A program made the position numbers and the translations under genes. 64,000 nt of DNA from Prochlorococcus sp. AG-355-B18 (GTDB lineage Bacteria; Cyanobacteriota; Cyanobacteriia; PCC-6307; Cyanobiaceae): assembly GCA_003280965.1 (NCBI GenBank), contig QCDI01000009.1, positions 22,778-86,777 on the forward strand, in the 5' to 3' direction. The stretch's first letter is position 1. Every line of letters begins with the position of its first letter. Below, piece after piece: positions 32,501 to 41,599 of the stretch. The notes beneath the pieces were generated by a model, which searched no databases, was not told where the DNA came from, and saw nothing but the letters and a program-made list of their open reading frames with translations.

Positions 32501-33347
32501 TTTCAATTAAATCGTTATTTTTTATTTGAGATGAAGAAAATGAAGTTGTTGTAATTATTAGTTTTATATCTTCTTTTTTAAAAATGTCTATTAATTTCTT
32601 TTGGATACTTTGATCTTTTAGAGTTGAAACAAAAACTGTTTTAGGGGATAGTCCACATTTTCTTAACTGCAAGTTAAGTTTTTCGTTAACATCAATTTCA
32701 TTGGCCAATAAAAGTGATTTATAAGAAATTATTCCTATTTTTTCTCCTTTTTCAATTTTCCAATCATATAAATAAGGATCTGGGTAAAAAGTAATTTTTA
32801 AAAATTTATCAGGAATTAATATTTCATCTTTTTGTAGATAATATAAACAATTAAGAAATTTTCTATAGTTATCCAATCCGCCAGATCTTAGTAATCTAGA
32901 AATATTTAGTGCAATATTTTTATCAATGCTACTTATTTCACATAAGGATACTTCCTGATCAATAGTCCCAGAGAGGATTATAAGTCTCCTTTTTTTATTA
33001 ACTTCTTGCCAATTTAGAAGTTGTTCAATTCCATAATTCCAAGTACCTTTATCTCCGAATAATCTTAGTATGACAACTTTTGCATAATTAACGGTTTTTA
33101 AAAGATAGTTATCTATTTGGGTTAAGGAATTTAAATTAGAAATTTCTATGGCCCTTATATTATTTGTTAATGAAGAGAATTCCTCTTCTAACAATAGGTT
33201 TGATATGAGATTTAAATCAGCTTTAACACTTGTTATAAAAATAAAATCGGCTACTGGTTGCTCTATTAAATCATCATTATTCTTTTCATTTCCTGCGATA
33301 TTTAGTATCCTGTGCATTTTTATATATAAATAAGGTTTAGAATACAT
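29580..33347 (-). CDS. cobN: Cobaltochelatase subunit CobN
   Basis: HIGKHGTVEWLPGK, NDPGEGSQAKRR, LPTGKNF, ISGMFRD; true start may be the second Met (MHRILN). Confidence 0.93.
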   Translation of the reverse strand: MYSKPYLYIKMHRILNIAGNEKNNDDLIEQPVADFIFITSVKADLNLISNLLLEEEFSSLTNNIRAIEISNLNSLTQIDNYLLKTVNYAKVVILRLFGDKGTWNYGIEQLLNWQEVNKKRRLIILSGTIDQEVSLCEISSIDKNIALNISRLLRSGGLDNYRKFLNCLYYLQKDEILIPDKFLKITFYPDPYLYDWKIEKGEKIGIISYKSLLLANEIDVNEKLNLQLRKCGLSPKTVFVSTLKDQSIQKKLIDIFKKEDIKLIITTTSFSSSQIKNNDLIENSINIFTSLKIPILQLLSSNRSRQNWLNSSIGMNSSELLMQIIIPEFDGRITTCPSAFKEIISVKNTLYSEITSYKADTDGIKWISKLAKNYVILQKLDNFNKNICLVISNYPVKNGRIGNGVGLNTPTSIINILNWLKEEGYDLGSGDHPQDSSELMSMLIKTRTNDIESQNNKPLDYLPLREYLKYWNYLEIDPKNLIVKRWGQPSEAIDLDNEGFSINGLKFGKITLLIQPQRGYDSYTDRDIHSPDLPPPHRYLAQYHWIDKVFNANAICHIGKHGTVEWLPGKSIGLSNKCFPNIICPAIPNIYPFIVNDPGEGSQAKRRTAATIIDHLTPPLDRSELYGKYSNLENYLDEYFEAKLLNSNRIEIIEKSIFDLIKRDFTEISLDNKYNQIEEIDSFLCQIKESQIRTGLHVFGNRQNEINEINLFLCIARVPTASRIGVVQYIAEHLRLDLNPWTNKYDQKLSVKDKKILFTFSKKNILNFRMSIEFLEQQAKYLIYLFFYKEKANIKNLEKYKNQKIIDLFFNSKKHNDYFLLLKNEILNPIINSSYNEKFSFINSLNGQYIKSGPSGAPTRGKTEALPTGKNFFSVDSRGLPTESAWIVGCKSASQILDLYKQENGEDLKNIAISVWATSTMRNGGEDICQILYLLGVQPIWDGPSRRVIDLEIIPLSILDRPRVDVTLRISGMFRDAFPQLVKLTSKAIILVSNLNENDIFNPLAKALKEGDPINRIFGSAPSSYGAGLQELISNSNWENIDDFGESFLNWSKWIYNDNSEPIEDKKSLENALKNVQLVVHNQDNKEHDILDSDDYYQFQGGLSSAIKKIRGKFPEMYHGDLSKFGLSKISKLKDEINKVVISRILNPKWINGMKDNGYKGAFEFSASLDYLYAFDATTDVVSDWCYEDVYKSWLCDQDLLNFFLENNPWALRDISQRFLEIINRKMWKNCSSEVTENLKHIIINTDSIIEKNEF

Positions 33348-33389
33348 AGGTAGGATAAAACAATTTTACCTTAATTAAATAAATTAAAT

Positions 33390-34301
33390 ATGCATGAATT
33401 TCTTCCATACGCCTGGTTCGAAGGTAAATGTATTCCATTTAAAGATGCAAAAATATCAATAGCTACTCATGCTCTTCATTACGGTACCGCTGCATTTGGC
33501 GGAATGCGAGCGATACCTAACCCTTCGGATAAAGAAGAATTCCTTTTGTTTAGAACTGATAAACACATAAAAAGATTATCTCAAAGTGCAAAATTACTCC
33601 TAACTGATATTTCTGAAGAATATATTTTTAATGCCTTAGAGGAAGTTATAAAAAGAAACAAGCCACAAAAACCTATTTATATAAGACCATTTGTATATAC
33701 AAGCGATTTAGGTATAGCTCCAAGGTTACACAATATTGAAACAGATTTTTTTGTTTATTGTATTGAACTAGGAGATTATCTATCCCCAGATGGTGTTTCT
33801 TGTAGAATGAGTAGTTGGACAAGACAAGAAGATAGATCTCTTCCATTGAGAGGAAAAATAAGTGGAGCATATATCACTAGTTCATTAGCTAAAACAGAAG
33901 CTAGTTTATCTGGATTTGACGAAGCCTTACTATTAAATTCAAATGGTAAGGTAAGTGAAGCTAGTGGAATGAATCTATTTATAGTAAGAAATGGAGAATT
34001 AATTACTCCCGGTGTAGATCAAGATATCCTTGAAGGAATAACTAGAGCTAGCGTAATTGAATTAGCAAAATCATTTGGAATAAATGTAATTGAAAGGCCT
34101 GTTGATAAAACAGAATTATTAATAGCAGATGAAGTTTTTCTAACTGGTACAGCAGCAAAAATTACACCAGTTAAAAAAATTGAATCAACTGATTTAAATG
34201 CTGAAAGGCCAATAATGAATAAATTAAAAAGTAAGCTTATAGAAATAACAGAAGGTCGCTCTCAAGACTATGATAATTGGGTAACCAGAATTTCAATATA
34301 A
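33390..34301 (+). CDS. ilvE: Branched-chain amino acid aminotransferase
   Basis: HALHYG, GKISGAY, EASGMN, ILEGITR, GTAA. Confidence 0.94.
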   Translation: MHEFLPYAWFEGKCIPFKDAKISIATHALHYGTAAFGGMRAIPNPSDKEEFLLFRTDKHIKRLSQSAKLLLTDISEEYIFNALEEVIKRNKPQKPIYIRPFVYTSDLGIAPRLHNIETDFFVYCIELGDYLSPDGVSCRMSSWTRQEDRSLPLRGKISGAYITSSLAKTEASLSGFDEALLLNSNGKVSEASGMNLFIVRNGELITPGVDQDILEGITRASVIELAKSFGINVIERPVDKTELLIADEVFLTGTAAKITPVKKIESTDLNAERPIMNKLKSKLIEITEGRSQDYDNWVTRISI

Positions 34302-34321
34302 TAAGTTGATTTTTAACAAAA

Positions 34322-37300
34322 ATGGAATCTTTCAGAACCTATCTAAATAGAGATGAAAAGCCATTAATTATTTTTGACGGGGGTACAGGTACATCTTTTC
34401 AGAATTTAAATCTTACTGCTGATGACTTTGGAGGAAAAGAATTAGAGGGATGTAATGAAAACCTTGTTTTATCATCACCAAGGGTAGTTGAAAAGGTTCA
34501 TAACTCATTTTTAGAAGCAGGTTGTCATGTTATAGAAACTAATACATTTGGAGCCTCATCCATAGTTCTTGATGAATATAGTATTGCGAATAAGGCTTAT
34601 GAGATAAATAAAAATGCGGCAATAATAGCAAAAAAAGCTGCTGCCAAGTATTCAACAATTGATAAACCAAGGTTTGTTGCTGGTTCAATTGGACCAACGA
34701 CAAAATTACCCACATTAGGGCATATAGATTTTGATGAATTAAAGGAATCATATAAAGAACAAATATATGGTCTTATAGATGGAGGGGTTGATCTTCTTTT
34801 AATTGAAACTTGTCAGGATGTTCTGCAAATTAAATCTGCCTTATTAGCATCAAAAGAAATACTTGATAGTAAGAATATAGATATACCTGTAATGGTCTCT
34901 ATAACAATGGAAACAACAGGCACTATGCTTGTTGGATCTGATATTGCATCTGCACTAACAATATTAGAGCCATTTAACATAGATATTCTTGGACTTAATT
35001 GTGCAACTGGTCCAGAACAAATGAAGGAACATATTAAATATTTATCTGAAAACTCACCCTTCGCTATAAGTTGTATTCCTAATGCAGGTCTACCTGAAAA
35101 TATTGGTGGTGTGGCTCACTACAGATTAAAACCAATAGAATTAAAAATGCAATTAATGAATTTTATATATGACTTTAATGTTCAATTAATCGGGGGATGT
35201 TGTGGTACGAAACCTGAACATATTAAGTATCTTTCTTCAATAATCGATGAAATTATTTATAACGAAAGTAGTAACAAAAAAGGTAAGAACAATTCAAGCG
35301 GTTTTATACCCTCTGCATCTTCTATTTATAATTCTGTGCCATACAAACAAGATAATTCCATTTTGATTGTTGGAGAAAGATTAAATGCAAGTGGTTCTAA
35401 AAAGGTAAGGGAGTTATTAAATAATGACGATTGGGATGGTCTAGTTTCGATTGCTAAGCAACAGCAAAAAGAAAATGCTCATGTTCTTGATGTGAATGTG
35501 GATTATGTGGGAAGAGACGGAGTAAAAGATATGAAAGAAATTACATCAAGACTAGTGACTAATATAAATTTGCCATTAATGATTGATTCAACAGATGCTG
35601 ACAAAATGGAAAGTGGTTTAAAGTCAGCTGGAGGTAAATGTATTATAAATTCAACCAATTACGAAGACGGTGATGAAAGGTTTGATCAAGTTCTTAATCT
35701 GGCCTTAGGTTATGGTTCAGGACTTGTTGTAGGAACAATTGATGAAGATGGAATGGCAAGGGATTCAGAAAAAAAATATAAGATTGTTAAAAGAGCGATT
35801 AACAGAACCAGAGAATTTGGTTTATCAGACTATGAGCTCTTTTTTGATCCATTAGCTCTTCCAATATCTACTGGAATAGAAGAAGATAGAACAAACGCCA
35901 AAGAGACAATTAATGCTATCACTAAAATTCGTGAAAATTTTCCAGATATTCATATCATATTGGGAATATCGAACATAAGTTTTGGTCTCTCACCATTATC
36001 AAGAATTAATTTAAATTCAATATTTTTAGATGAATGCATCAAAGCAGGATTGGACTCTGCTATCATCGCACCAAATAAAATTTTGCCCTTATCAAAGATT
36101 TCTGTAGAAACCAAAAAGCTTTGCTTAGATTTGATATATGACAAAAGAAAATTTGAAAATGATATTTGTACCTATGATCCATTAGTTGAACTTACAAAGG
36201 CTTTTCAAGATTTATCTATTCAGGATTTCAAAAAAGCATCTTCAGAAAATAAAAATTTAACTTTGGAAGAAAGTTTAAAAAATCATATTATTGATGGAGA
36301 AAAAATTGGTTTAGAAGATCAATTAGAAAAAGCGTTACTAAAATATAAACCTCTTGAGATAATTAATACTTTTTTACTAGATGGAATGAAAGTTGTAGGA
36401 GATTTATTTGGCTCAGGTCAAATGCAATTGCCATTCGTACTCCAATCTGCAGAAACAATGAAATTTGCTGTTTCAATTTTAGAACCACATATGGAAACTG
36501 TAGATGAAAACATATCAAATGGAAAACTCCTAATTGCAACAGTCAAAGGTGATGTTCATGATATTGGAAAAAATTTAGTTGACATAATTCTTACAAATAA
36601 CGGCTATGACGTTATTAATCTTGGAATAAAACAAGATGTTTCAGCAATTATAGATGCACAAGAGAAACACAAGGCAGATTGTATCGCTATGAGCGGATTA
36701 CTTGTAAAGTCAACTGCGTTTATGAAAGATAATTTAGAGGCTTTTAATAATGCAGATATTAGTGTACCAGTGATATTAGGTGGAGCAGCATTAACGCCCA
36801 AATTTGTTAATGAGGACTGCAGCAAAATATATAAAGGAAAAATATTATACGGAAAAGATGCTTTCACTGATCTAAAATTCATGAATGAATATATGGATAA
36901 TAAAAAAAAGGGTAATTGGTCAAATACAGAAGGATTTATTAATAAAGAAGGCATAAATATTAATTTAGCCTCATCAAAAACTGATACTGAAGTGATTAAA
37001 AAATCAATATCCCTAACTACCTCGACGGCAAAATTAAATCATAAAGAAAGTTTTATAAGATCTAAATTTATAACTGAAGAAGAACCAATTAAACCTCCTT
37101 TTTTGGGAACGAAAGTATTATTCGAAGATGATATAGATTTTAATAAGTTAATTTTTTATTTAGATAGAAAAGCTTTATTTAGTGGACAATGGCAAATTAA
37201 AAAAGGGAAAAACCAAAGCGTAGATGAATACAATAACTATTTAGATTCGTATGCAAAACCATTATTAGATAAATGGTTAGAGATAATAATAGAAAAAAAA

Positions 37301-37888
37301 CTTATTTCACCAAAAGCAGTTTATGGCTATTTTAGATGTGGTAGAAAAGGGAATAGTATTTTTTTATTTGATGATAAATCTTTAAATAAGATTTCCCAAT
37401 TCAATTTTCCGAGACAGAAATCTGGGAACAATCTTTGTATATCTGATTTCTATTGTGATTTAAAAAATGATAAACCAAGAGATATATTTCCTATGCAGGC
37501 AGTAACAATGGGTGATATTGCTAGTGAATATTCTCAAAAATTATTTAAAGAAGATAAATATAGTGATTATTTATTATTCCATGGACTTACCGTACAGTTA
37601 GCAGAAGCTCTAGCTGAGTATGTCCATGGATTAATTCGTATTGAATGTGGTTTCAGGAATGAAGAACCAGATAAAAATAGAGAAATACTTGCGCAAAAAT
37701 ATAGAGGAGCTAGATATTCTTTTGGATATCCTGCATGTCCAAAAGTTTCTGATTCAAACATACAATTATCATTGTTAGATGCAAAAAGAATTAATTTGAC
37801 CATGGATGAATCAGAACAACTTCATCCTGAACAAAGTACTACAGCTATCATTTCACTTCACTCAAAAGCTAAATATTTCAGCGCTTAA
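34322..37888 (+). CDS. metH: B12-dependent methionine synthase
   Basis: GLNCATGP, GGCCGT, GDVHDIGKN, RYSFGYPACP. Confidence 0.97.
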   Translation: MESFRTYLNRDEKPLIIFDGGTGTSFQNLNLTADDFGGKELEGCNENLVLSSPRVVEKVHNSFLEAGCHVIETNTFGASSIVLDEYSIANKAYEINKNAAIIAKKAAAKYSTIDKPRFVAGSIGPTTKLPTLGHIDFDELKESYKEQIYGLIDGGVDLLLIETCQDVLQIKSALLASKEILDSKNIDIPVMVSITMETTGTMLVGSDIASALTILEPFNIDILGLNCATGPEQMKEHIKYLSENSPFAISCIPNAGLPENIGGVAHYRLKPIELKMQLMNFIYDFNVQLIGGCCGTKPEHIKYLSSIIDEIIYNESSNKKGKNNSSGFIPSASSIYNSVPYKQDNSILIVGERLNASGSKKVRELLNNDDWDGLVSIAKQQQKENAHVLDVNVDYVGRDGVKDMKEITSRLVTNINLPLMIDSTDADKMESGLKSAGGKCIINSTNYEDGDERFDQVLNLALGYGSGLVVGTIDEDGMARDSEKKYKIVKRAINRTREFGLSDYELFFDPLALPISTGIEEDRTNAKETINAITKIRENFPDIHIILGISNISFGLSPLSRINLNSIFLDECIKAGLDSAIIAPNKILPLSKISVETKKLCLDLIYDKRKFENDICTYDPLVELTKAFQDLSIQDFKKASSENKNLTLEESLKNHIIDGEKIGLEDQLEKALLKYKPLEIINTFLLDGMKVVGDLFGSGQMQLPFVLQSAETMKFAVSILEPHMETVDENISNGKLLIATVKGDVHDIGKNLVDIILTNNGYDVINLGIKQDVSAIIDAQEKHKADCIAMSGLLVKSTAFMKDNLEAFNNADISVPVILGGAALTPKFVNEDCSKIYKGKILYGKDAFTDLKFMNEYMDNKKKGNWSNTEGFINKEGININLASSKTDTEVIKKSISLTTSTAKLNHKESFIRSKFITEEEPIKPPFLGTKVLFEDDIDFNKLIFYLDRKALFSGQWQIKKGKNQSVDEYNNYLDSYAKPLLDKWLEIIIEKKLISPKAVYGYFRCGRKGNSIFLFDDKSLNKISQFNFPRQKSGNNLCISDFYCDLKNDKPRDIFPMQAVTMGDIASEYSQKLFKEDKYSDYLLFHGLTVQLAEALAEYVHGLIRIECGFRNEEPDKNREILAQKYRGARYSFGYPACPKVSDSNIQLSLLDAKRINLTMDESEQLHPEQSTTAIISLHSKAKYFSA

Positions 37889-37903
37889 CTTAAATTTAAA
37901 TCT

Positions 37904-38122
37904 TTAGTTTTTTTCAAGATATTCAATAATTTCTTCCTGAAGTTCTTCCATTGTTTCATCATCACCCAGATCAAGTCCCTCACCAGCTGCATCCTGAGTT
38001 AATTCAAGATAGTATGAAGCACCATCACTAGATAAAAACTCTAATGCAGATGTTTCTTCACTTTCTTTAAAAGCATCATATAGAGCCTTAAAGGCTATGT
38101 TTTCAGTAAAGTCCCAATCCAT
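37904..38122 (-). CDS. Small acidic conserved hypothetical protein
   Basis: 72 aa ORF filling the intergenic space with coding-like composition. Confidence 0.7.
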   Translation of the reverse strand: MDWDFTENIAFKALYDAFKESEETSALEFLSSDGASYYLELTQDAAGEGLDLGDDETMEELQEEIIEYLEKN

Positions 38123-38225
38123 AATGAAAAAAACCTTATTAGAATTATTACCTCCTTACCCCCCATACTCGTCAACCTTTTTTTAAGAAATGTTGGTGTT
38201 TTATTATTAAAAAAAACAAAAATCT

Positions 38226-38609
38226 ATGACAAATAAAAATCAGATTCAATTGAATGTCTTAGGAGAAAAAATTGAAGTTTGTAGTTGTGAGCCTATGACA
38301 GGCTGGTTCAGAGATGGTTTTTGCAATTATGACAATAATGATGGAGGTAATCATTCTATATGCTGTGTAATGGATGATAATTTCCTGAAATATAGTAAAT
38401 CACAAGGCAATGATTTAATAACACCGATGCCTATTTATTCCTTCCCAGGACTTAAGGATGGTGATCATTGGTGTATTTGTCTGGATAGATGGAAACAAGC
38501 ATTATTAGACGGACTTGCACCTAAAGTTATATTAGAGTCAACGAATATTGTGGTCTTAGAATCGGTACCCCTAGAAAAATTGAAAGAATATCAATTTAAT
38601 AAAAATTAA
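38226..38609 (+). CDS. DUF2237 family protein
   Basis: NVLG...CS..PMTGWFRDGFC, GNDLITP, PGLKDGDHWCIC. Confidence 0.88.
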   Translation: MTNKNQIQLNVLGEKIEVCSCEPMTGWFRDGFCNYDNNDGGNHSICCVMDDNFLKYSKSQGNDLITPMPIYSFPGLKDGDHWCICLDRWKQALLDGLAPKVILESTNIVVLESVPLEKLKEYQFNKN

Positions 38610-38657
38610 TTACAAATTTATTATTTTTTTTAGAATAATTATGATAATTTTTTTTAA

Positions 38658-39488
38658 ATGAGTTTAGAAATATATTGGAAAAAAGCTCTAGAGCAAACTA
38701 GATTATCAATTGATAATGAATCATTATATCCTCTCAAGACTGATATTATCACGAGTGATTTGTATCATAAAAATGACTTCATAATTAGGAAGCTTGATAC
38801 TTCAAAATTTAATAAAAAAAAAATTTATGGTCCTAAGCAGAATCCATTTTATCCATGGGAAAAAATATTAGAAATTGACAAAATAGGTGATCATCATCAA
38901 TTAATTTTAAATAAGTACCCTGTACAAAAAGGACATATTTTACTGATTACAAATAATTGGAAGCCTCAAAATGGATGGTTAGATATTAATGATTGGAAAG
39001 CGATTCAACATGTTAATAAAGATACTAGTGGTTTATGGTTTTTCAATAGTTCTCCAATTGCAGGAGCAAGTCAGCCACACAGGCATTTTCAACTGCTACG
39101 CAGATCTAAAGATGAGATATCATGCCCAAGAGAAAAATGGTTTTTAGAAATGGAATTAAGTAAGGATAGTGACTGTAAGCTTAAAAAAAATATTATTGTA
39201 TCCAAATTTAATTTCTTAGAAAATTCTATATCTCTTTTTGAATTGTATTTAGAGTTATGTAAGAAATTAGGACTTGGAGACCCAATTAATAACATTCAAC
39301 CTAAATATCCATATAATCTTTTAATAACTAATAAATGGATCGCAGTCATTAAAAGAAAATATGATCATATCCATGGTTTTAGTATTAACGGATTGGGTTT
39401 CGCTGGATATTTATTGGTAACTGAAAAATCGAATATTAATTATTTAAGAAAATTTGGCCCTGAAAAACTTTTAGAAAGCTTTGTTTGA
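38658..39488 (+). CDS. ATP adenylyltransferase / Ap4A phosphorylase II-like
   Basis: NPF, LNKYPV..GH, FFNS...AGASQPHRHFQ (HxHxQ), SINGLGFAG. Confidence 0.85.
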   Translation: MSLEIYWKKALEQTRLSIDNESLYPLKTDIITSDLYHKNDFIIRKLDTSKFNKKKIYGPKQNPFYPWEKILEIDKIGDHHQLILNKYPVQKGHILLITNNWKPQNGWLDINDWKAIQHVNKDTSGLWFFNSSPIAGASQPHRHFQLLRRSKDEISCPREKWFLEMELSKDSDCKLKKNIIVSKFNFLENSISLFELYLELCKKLGLGDPINNIQPKYPYNLLITNKWIAVIKRKYDHIHGFSINGLGFAGYLLVTEKSNINYLRKFGPEKLLESFV

Positions 39489-39491
39489 ACA

Positions 39492-39671
39492 CTAATTAGT
39501 AACTTCAACTTCTTTATCCCTGGTTATTTGGTTTTCTAAAACTTCTATAGAAGCAGTCACAGAGGCAATTTTACGTTCAAGTGAATCTTTAATATAATTG
39601 AGCATTTCTAATTTCTTATGTTGATAAAAACTCTTTTTTTCTTTTGATGATTTGAAATTACAATTGAACAT
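39492..39671 (-). CDS. Small coiled-coil hypothetical protein (59 aa)
   Basis: Hand-translated, below ORF-track cutoff: MFNCNFKSSKEKKSFYQHKKLEMLNYIKDSLERKIASVTASIEVLENQITRDKEVEVTN. Confidence 0.7.
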   Translation of the reverse strand: MFNCNFKSSKEKKSFYQHKKLEMLNYIKDSLERKIASVTASIEVLENQITRDKEVEVTN

Positions 39672-39815
39672 TTTTATTTTTATTATAAAAAGATATTAGA
39701 TTGACTTGTGACATGCAAATAAGTTGGTTTTAATTTATAAACAATAAGTCGTATAGACTTTCAATTATTTTTGAATAAAATTAAGTAAATTCTTTATTAT
39801 TCAAGATATAAATTA

Positions 39816-40832
39816 TTGAATATTCCTGAAAATTCAAATACTAAAAGAATTTCAATTGATTTACCTGAGGAATTAATCTCTAAGTTTGATCAATTACGAA
39901 AAGAGTGGGGATTTAGATCAAGAGGTCCTGTAATTGAAAAGTTAATAACAGAACTTCTTAAAGAAGATGAATTTCTACCAAAGAACAAACAGCAAGAAAT
40001 AGACTTTAGTGATAACAATAATAATATTAATGAAAACTATAATATTGATGAAAATACTGCATTGGTATTAATTAAAACAGATATTAAAGAAGAAATTAAG
40101 GAAAGTGATCTAAAATCAATCGTTTCAAATAATGATGAATGCAAAGAAAAAGCTAAATTAGATATAAGCCTTCCCAATTTTGTTGAAAAAAAAGTAAAGA
40201 ATCTAAGAAGGAGTATTAATAGTGAAAAGTTAAAGGAGAAAATTAATGATATTCAAATTAATACAATTAAAGAAAATGAATTAATAAAATGTCGAATAGC
40301 ACTGATAAGCCACTGGAAAAACTTGTACGGAACTACTCCAAATGATCATGTAATAGAAGCATCAATGGATTGGTTTGGAAGAGATATATGGCCAAATCTT
40401 GATGGAACAGAAAATTTACCTTTTACGTGGAGCGCCGCTAACAAATTAATGTCTGAATTATGCCCATATTGGGTAAAGAAAAATCCCACCCTTGAAATAG
40501 TTTTATTAATGATTGGTGTTTTAGAAGACCCATTTGCCACATCTGATTTAATTAATAGAATACCAACACTAGTGAGGAGGTTTGTAAGTAGATTTAAGCG
40601 AAATAACAGATCAAATTCATTAGAAGCGTTGGATTCAACAATGACGGTACATGGAGCACTTAAAATCTTGAATTTATCAACAGCAGCAGGTTCAGCTCAT
40701 ACATTACGAAAAATTAGAGAGGCATATAAATTAAAAGCACTAGAGACTCATCCAGATGCTGGAGGATCAACAGATCAAATGAGAAAATTAAATGAAGCTT
40801 ATCAACTGCTAAAAAATTTGTACAGAAATTAG
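39816..40832 (+). CDS. N-terminal ribbon-helix-helix (CopG/NikR-like) + C-terminal J-domain protein
   Basis: KRISIDLPEELISKFDQLRKEWGFRSRGPVIEKLI (RHH pattern); IREAYKLKALETHPDAGG...LNEAYQLL (J-domain, HPD). Confidence 0.82.
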   Translation: MNIPENSNTKRISIDLPEELISKFDQLRKEWGFRSRGPVIEKLITELLKEDEFLPKNKQQEIDFSDNNNNINENYNIDENTALVLIKTDIKEEIKESDLKSIVSNNDECKEKAKLDISLPNFVEKKVKNLRRSINSEKLKEKINDIQINTIKENELIKCRIALISHWKNLYGTTPNDHVIEASMDWFGRDIWPNLDGTENLPFTWSAANKLMSELCPYWVKKNPTLEIVLLMIGVLEDPFATSDLINRIPTLVRRFVSRFKRNNRSNSLEALDSTMTVHGALKILNLSTAAGSAHTLRKIREAYKLKALETHPDAGGSTDQMRKLNEAYQLLKNLYRN

Positions 40833-40839
40833 TATTACT

Positions 40840-40890
40840 ATTCTTATATTAGACTCATAATAAGTCTACTAAAGAGTCTTATATTAGATA
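40840..40890. repeat. Phased pentamer array copy 1: ATTCT-N6-AGACT-N7-AGTCT-N7-AGTCT-N6-AGATA
   Basis: Read directly; starts 8 bp after the RHH-J stop codon. Confidence 0.85.
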
Positions 40891-41052
40891 ACTAATAGTA
40901 TATTTTTAATTTGAAATTCGCAGTTTGTTTATTAGTTGTTTATTAACTAATTCTTAAAGTATGAAATTAATATCTAAATATAAAAATGAATGAAAGAGTA
41001 ATGAATTTCTTTACTATCCTGCAGACTAAAAGGCTACATAATTAATATTATT

Positions 41053-41103
41053 AATCTCATATAAGACTATAAATAAGTCTAATATATAGTCTTATTTTAG
41101 ACT
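41053..41103. repeat. Phased pentamer array copy 2: AATCT-N6-AGACT-N7-AGTCT-N7-AGTCT-N6-AGACT
   Basis: Same pentamer order and identical 6/7/7/6 spacing as copy 1, offset 213 bp. Confidence 0.85.
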
Positions 41104-41275
41104 TATAAGATATTAAACTTTTTATTGATTAATTAATACTTTCCCCCTTAAAGACTTTATTTATGTACTCATAACATTTAAATATACTGGTGAACACATA
41201 AATTGTGTCCTTAAGCGGTCCAAATATTTTTTAATAACTGAAAAGCTTTACTGTAACTATAATCTAGATTTAGAT

Positions 41276-41296
41276 GTACTGCCTTAAAGACAGTAC
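41276..41296 (-). terminator. Hairpin directly after the 84-aa gene
   Basis: Minus strand GTACTGTC-TTTAA-GGCAGTAC 8-bp stem with one G-U pair; no clear U-tract. Confidence 0.45.
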
Positions 41297-41550
41297 TACC
41301 TATTTTGAAGCTTTTGAATAGCAGTTTGCTTGTCAATACTTGGGACATCTTTTAAACCGTTGGCGTCAAACCAAGGAGCACTAGCCCAATCAAATCCTTC
41401 ACCAAAAGTATTATCAGGTGAAGTTATATACCAATGACATGAAGCATCAGGAACATCAACAGAACACTTGGACCAATCGTCTGACCACTGTGGGACCTGT
41501 ACCCATAAGAGGGAAGATATCAAGAATGAGATAAAATTGATCATGAACAT
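41296..41550 (-). CDS. Small Trp/Cys-rich putative exported protein
   Basis: Hydrophobic N-terminus then WVQVPQWSDDWSKCSVDVPDASCHWY...APWF. Confidence 0.75.
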   Translation of the reverse strand: MFMINFISFLISSLLWVQVPQWSDDWSKCSVDVPDASCHWYITSPDNTFGEGFDWASAPWFDANGLKDVPSIDKQTAIQKLQNR

Positions 41551-41599
41551 TATTTTACTACATCAAACAGATTTATAGTATTATTAAGTGTATTATTCT

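Noticed and set aside
39707..39713. TGTGACA as a further copy of the AAGTGTNACACTT operator
   Set aside because: Only the 7-bp core matches; too short to separate from chance
40986..41045. 19-codon ORF (MNERVMNFFTILQTKRLHN) between arrays 1 and 2
   Set aside because: Too short and no supporting signals
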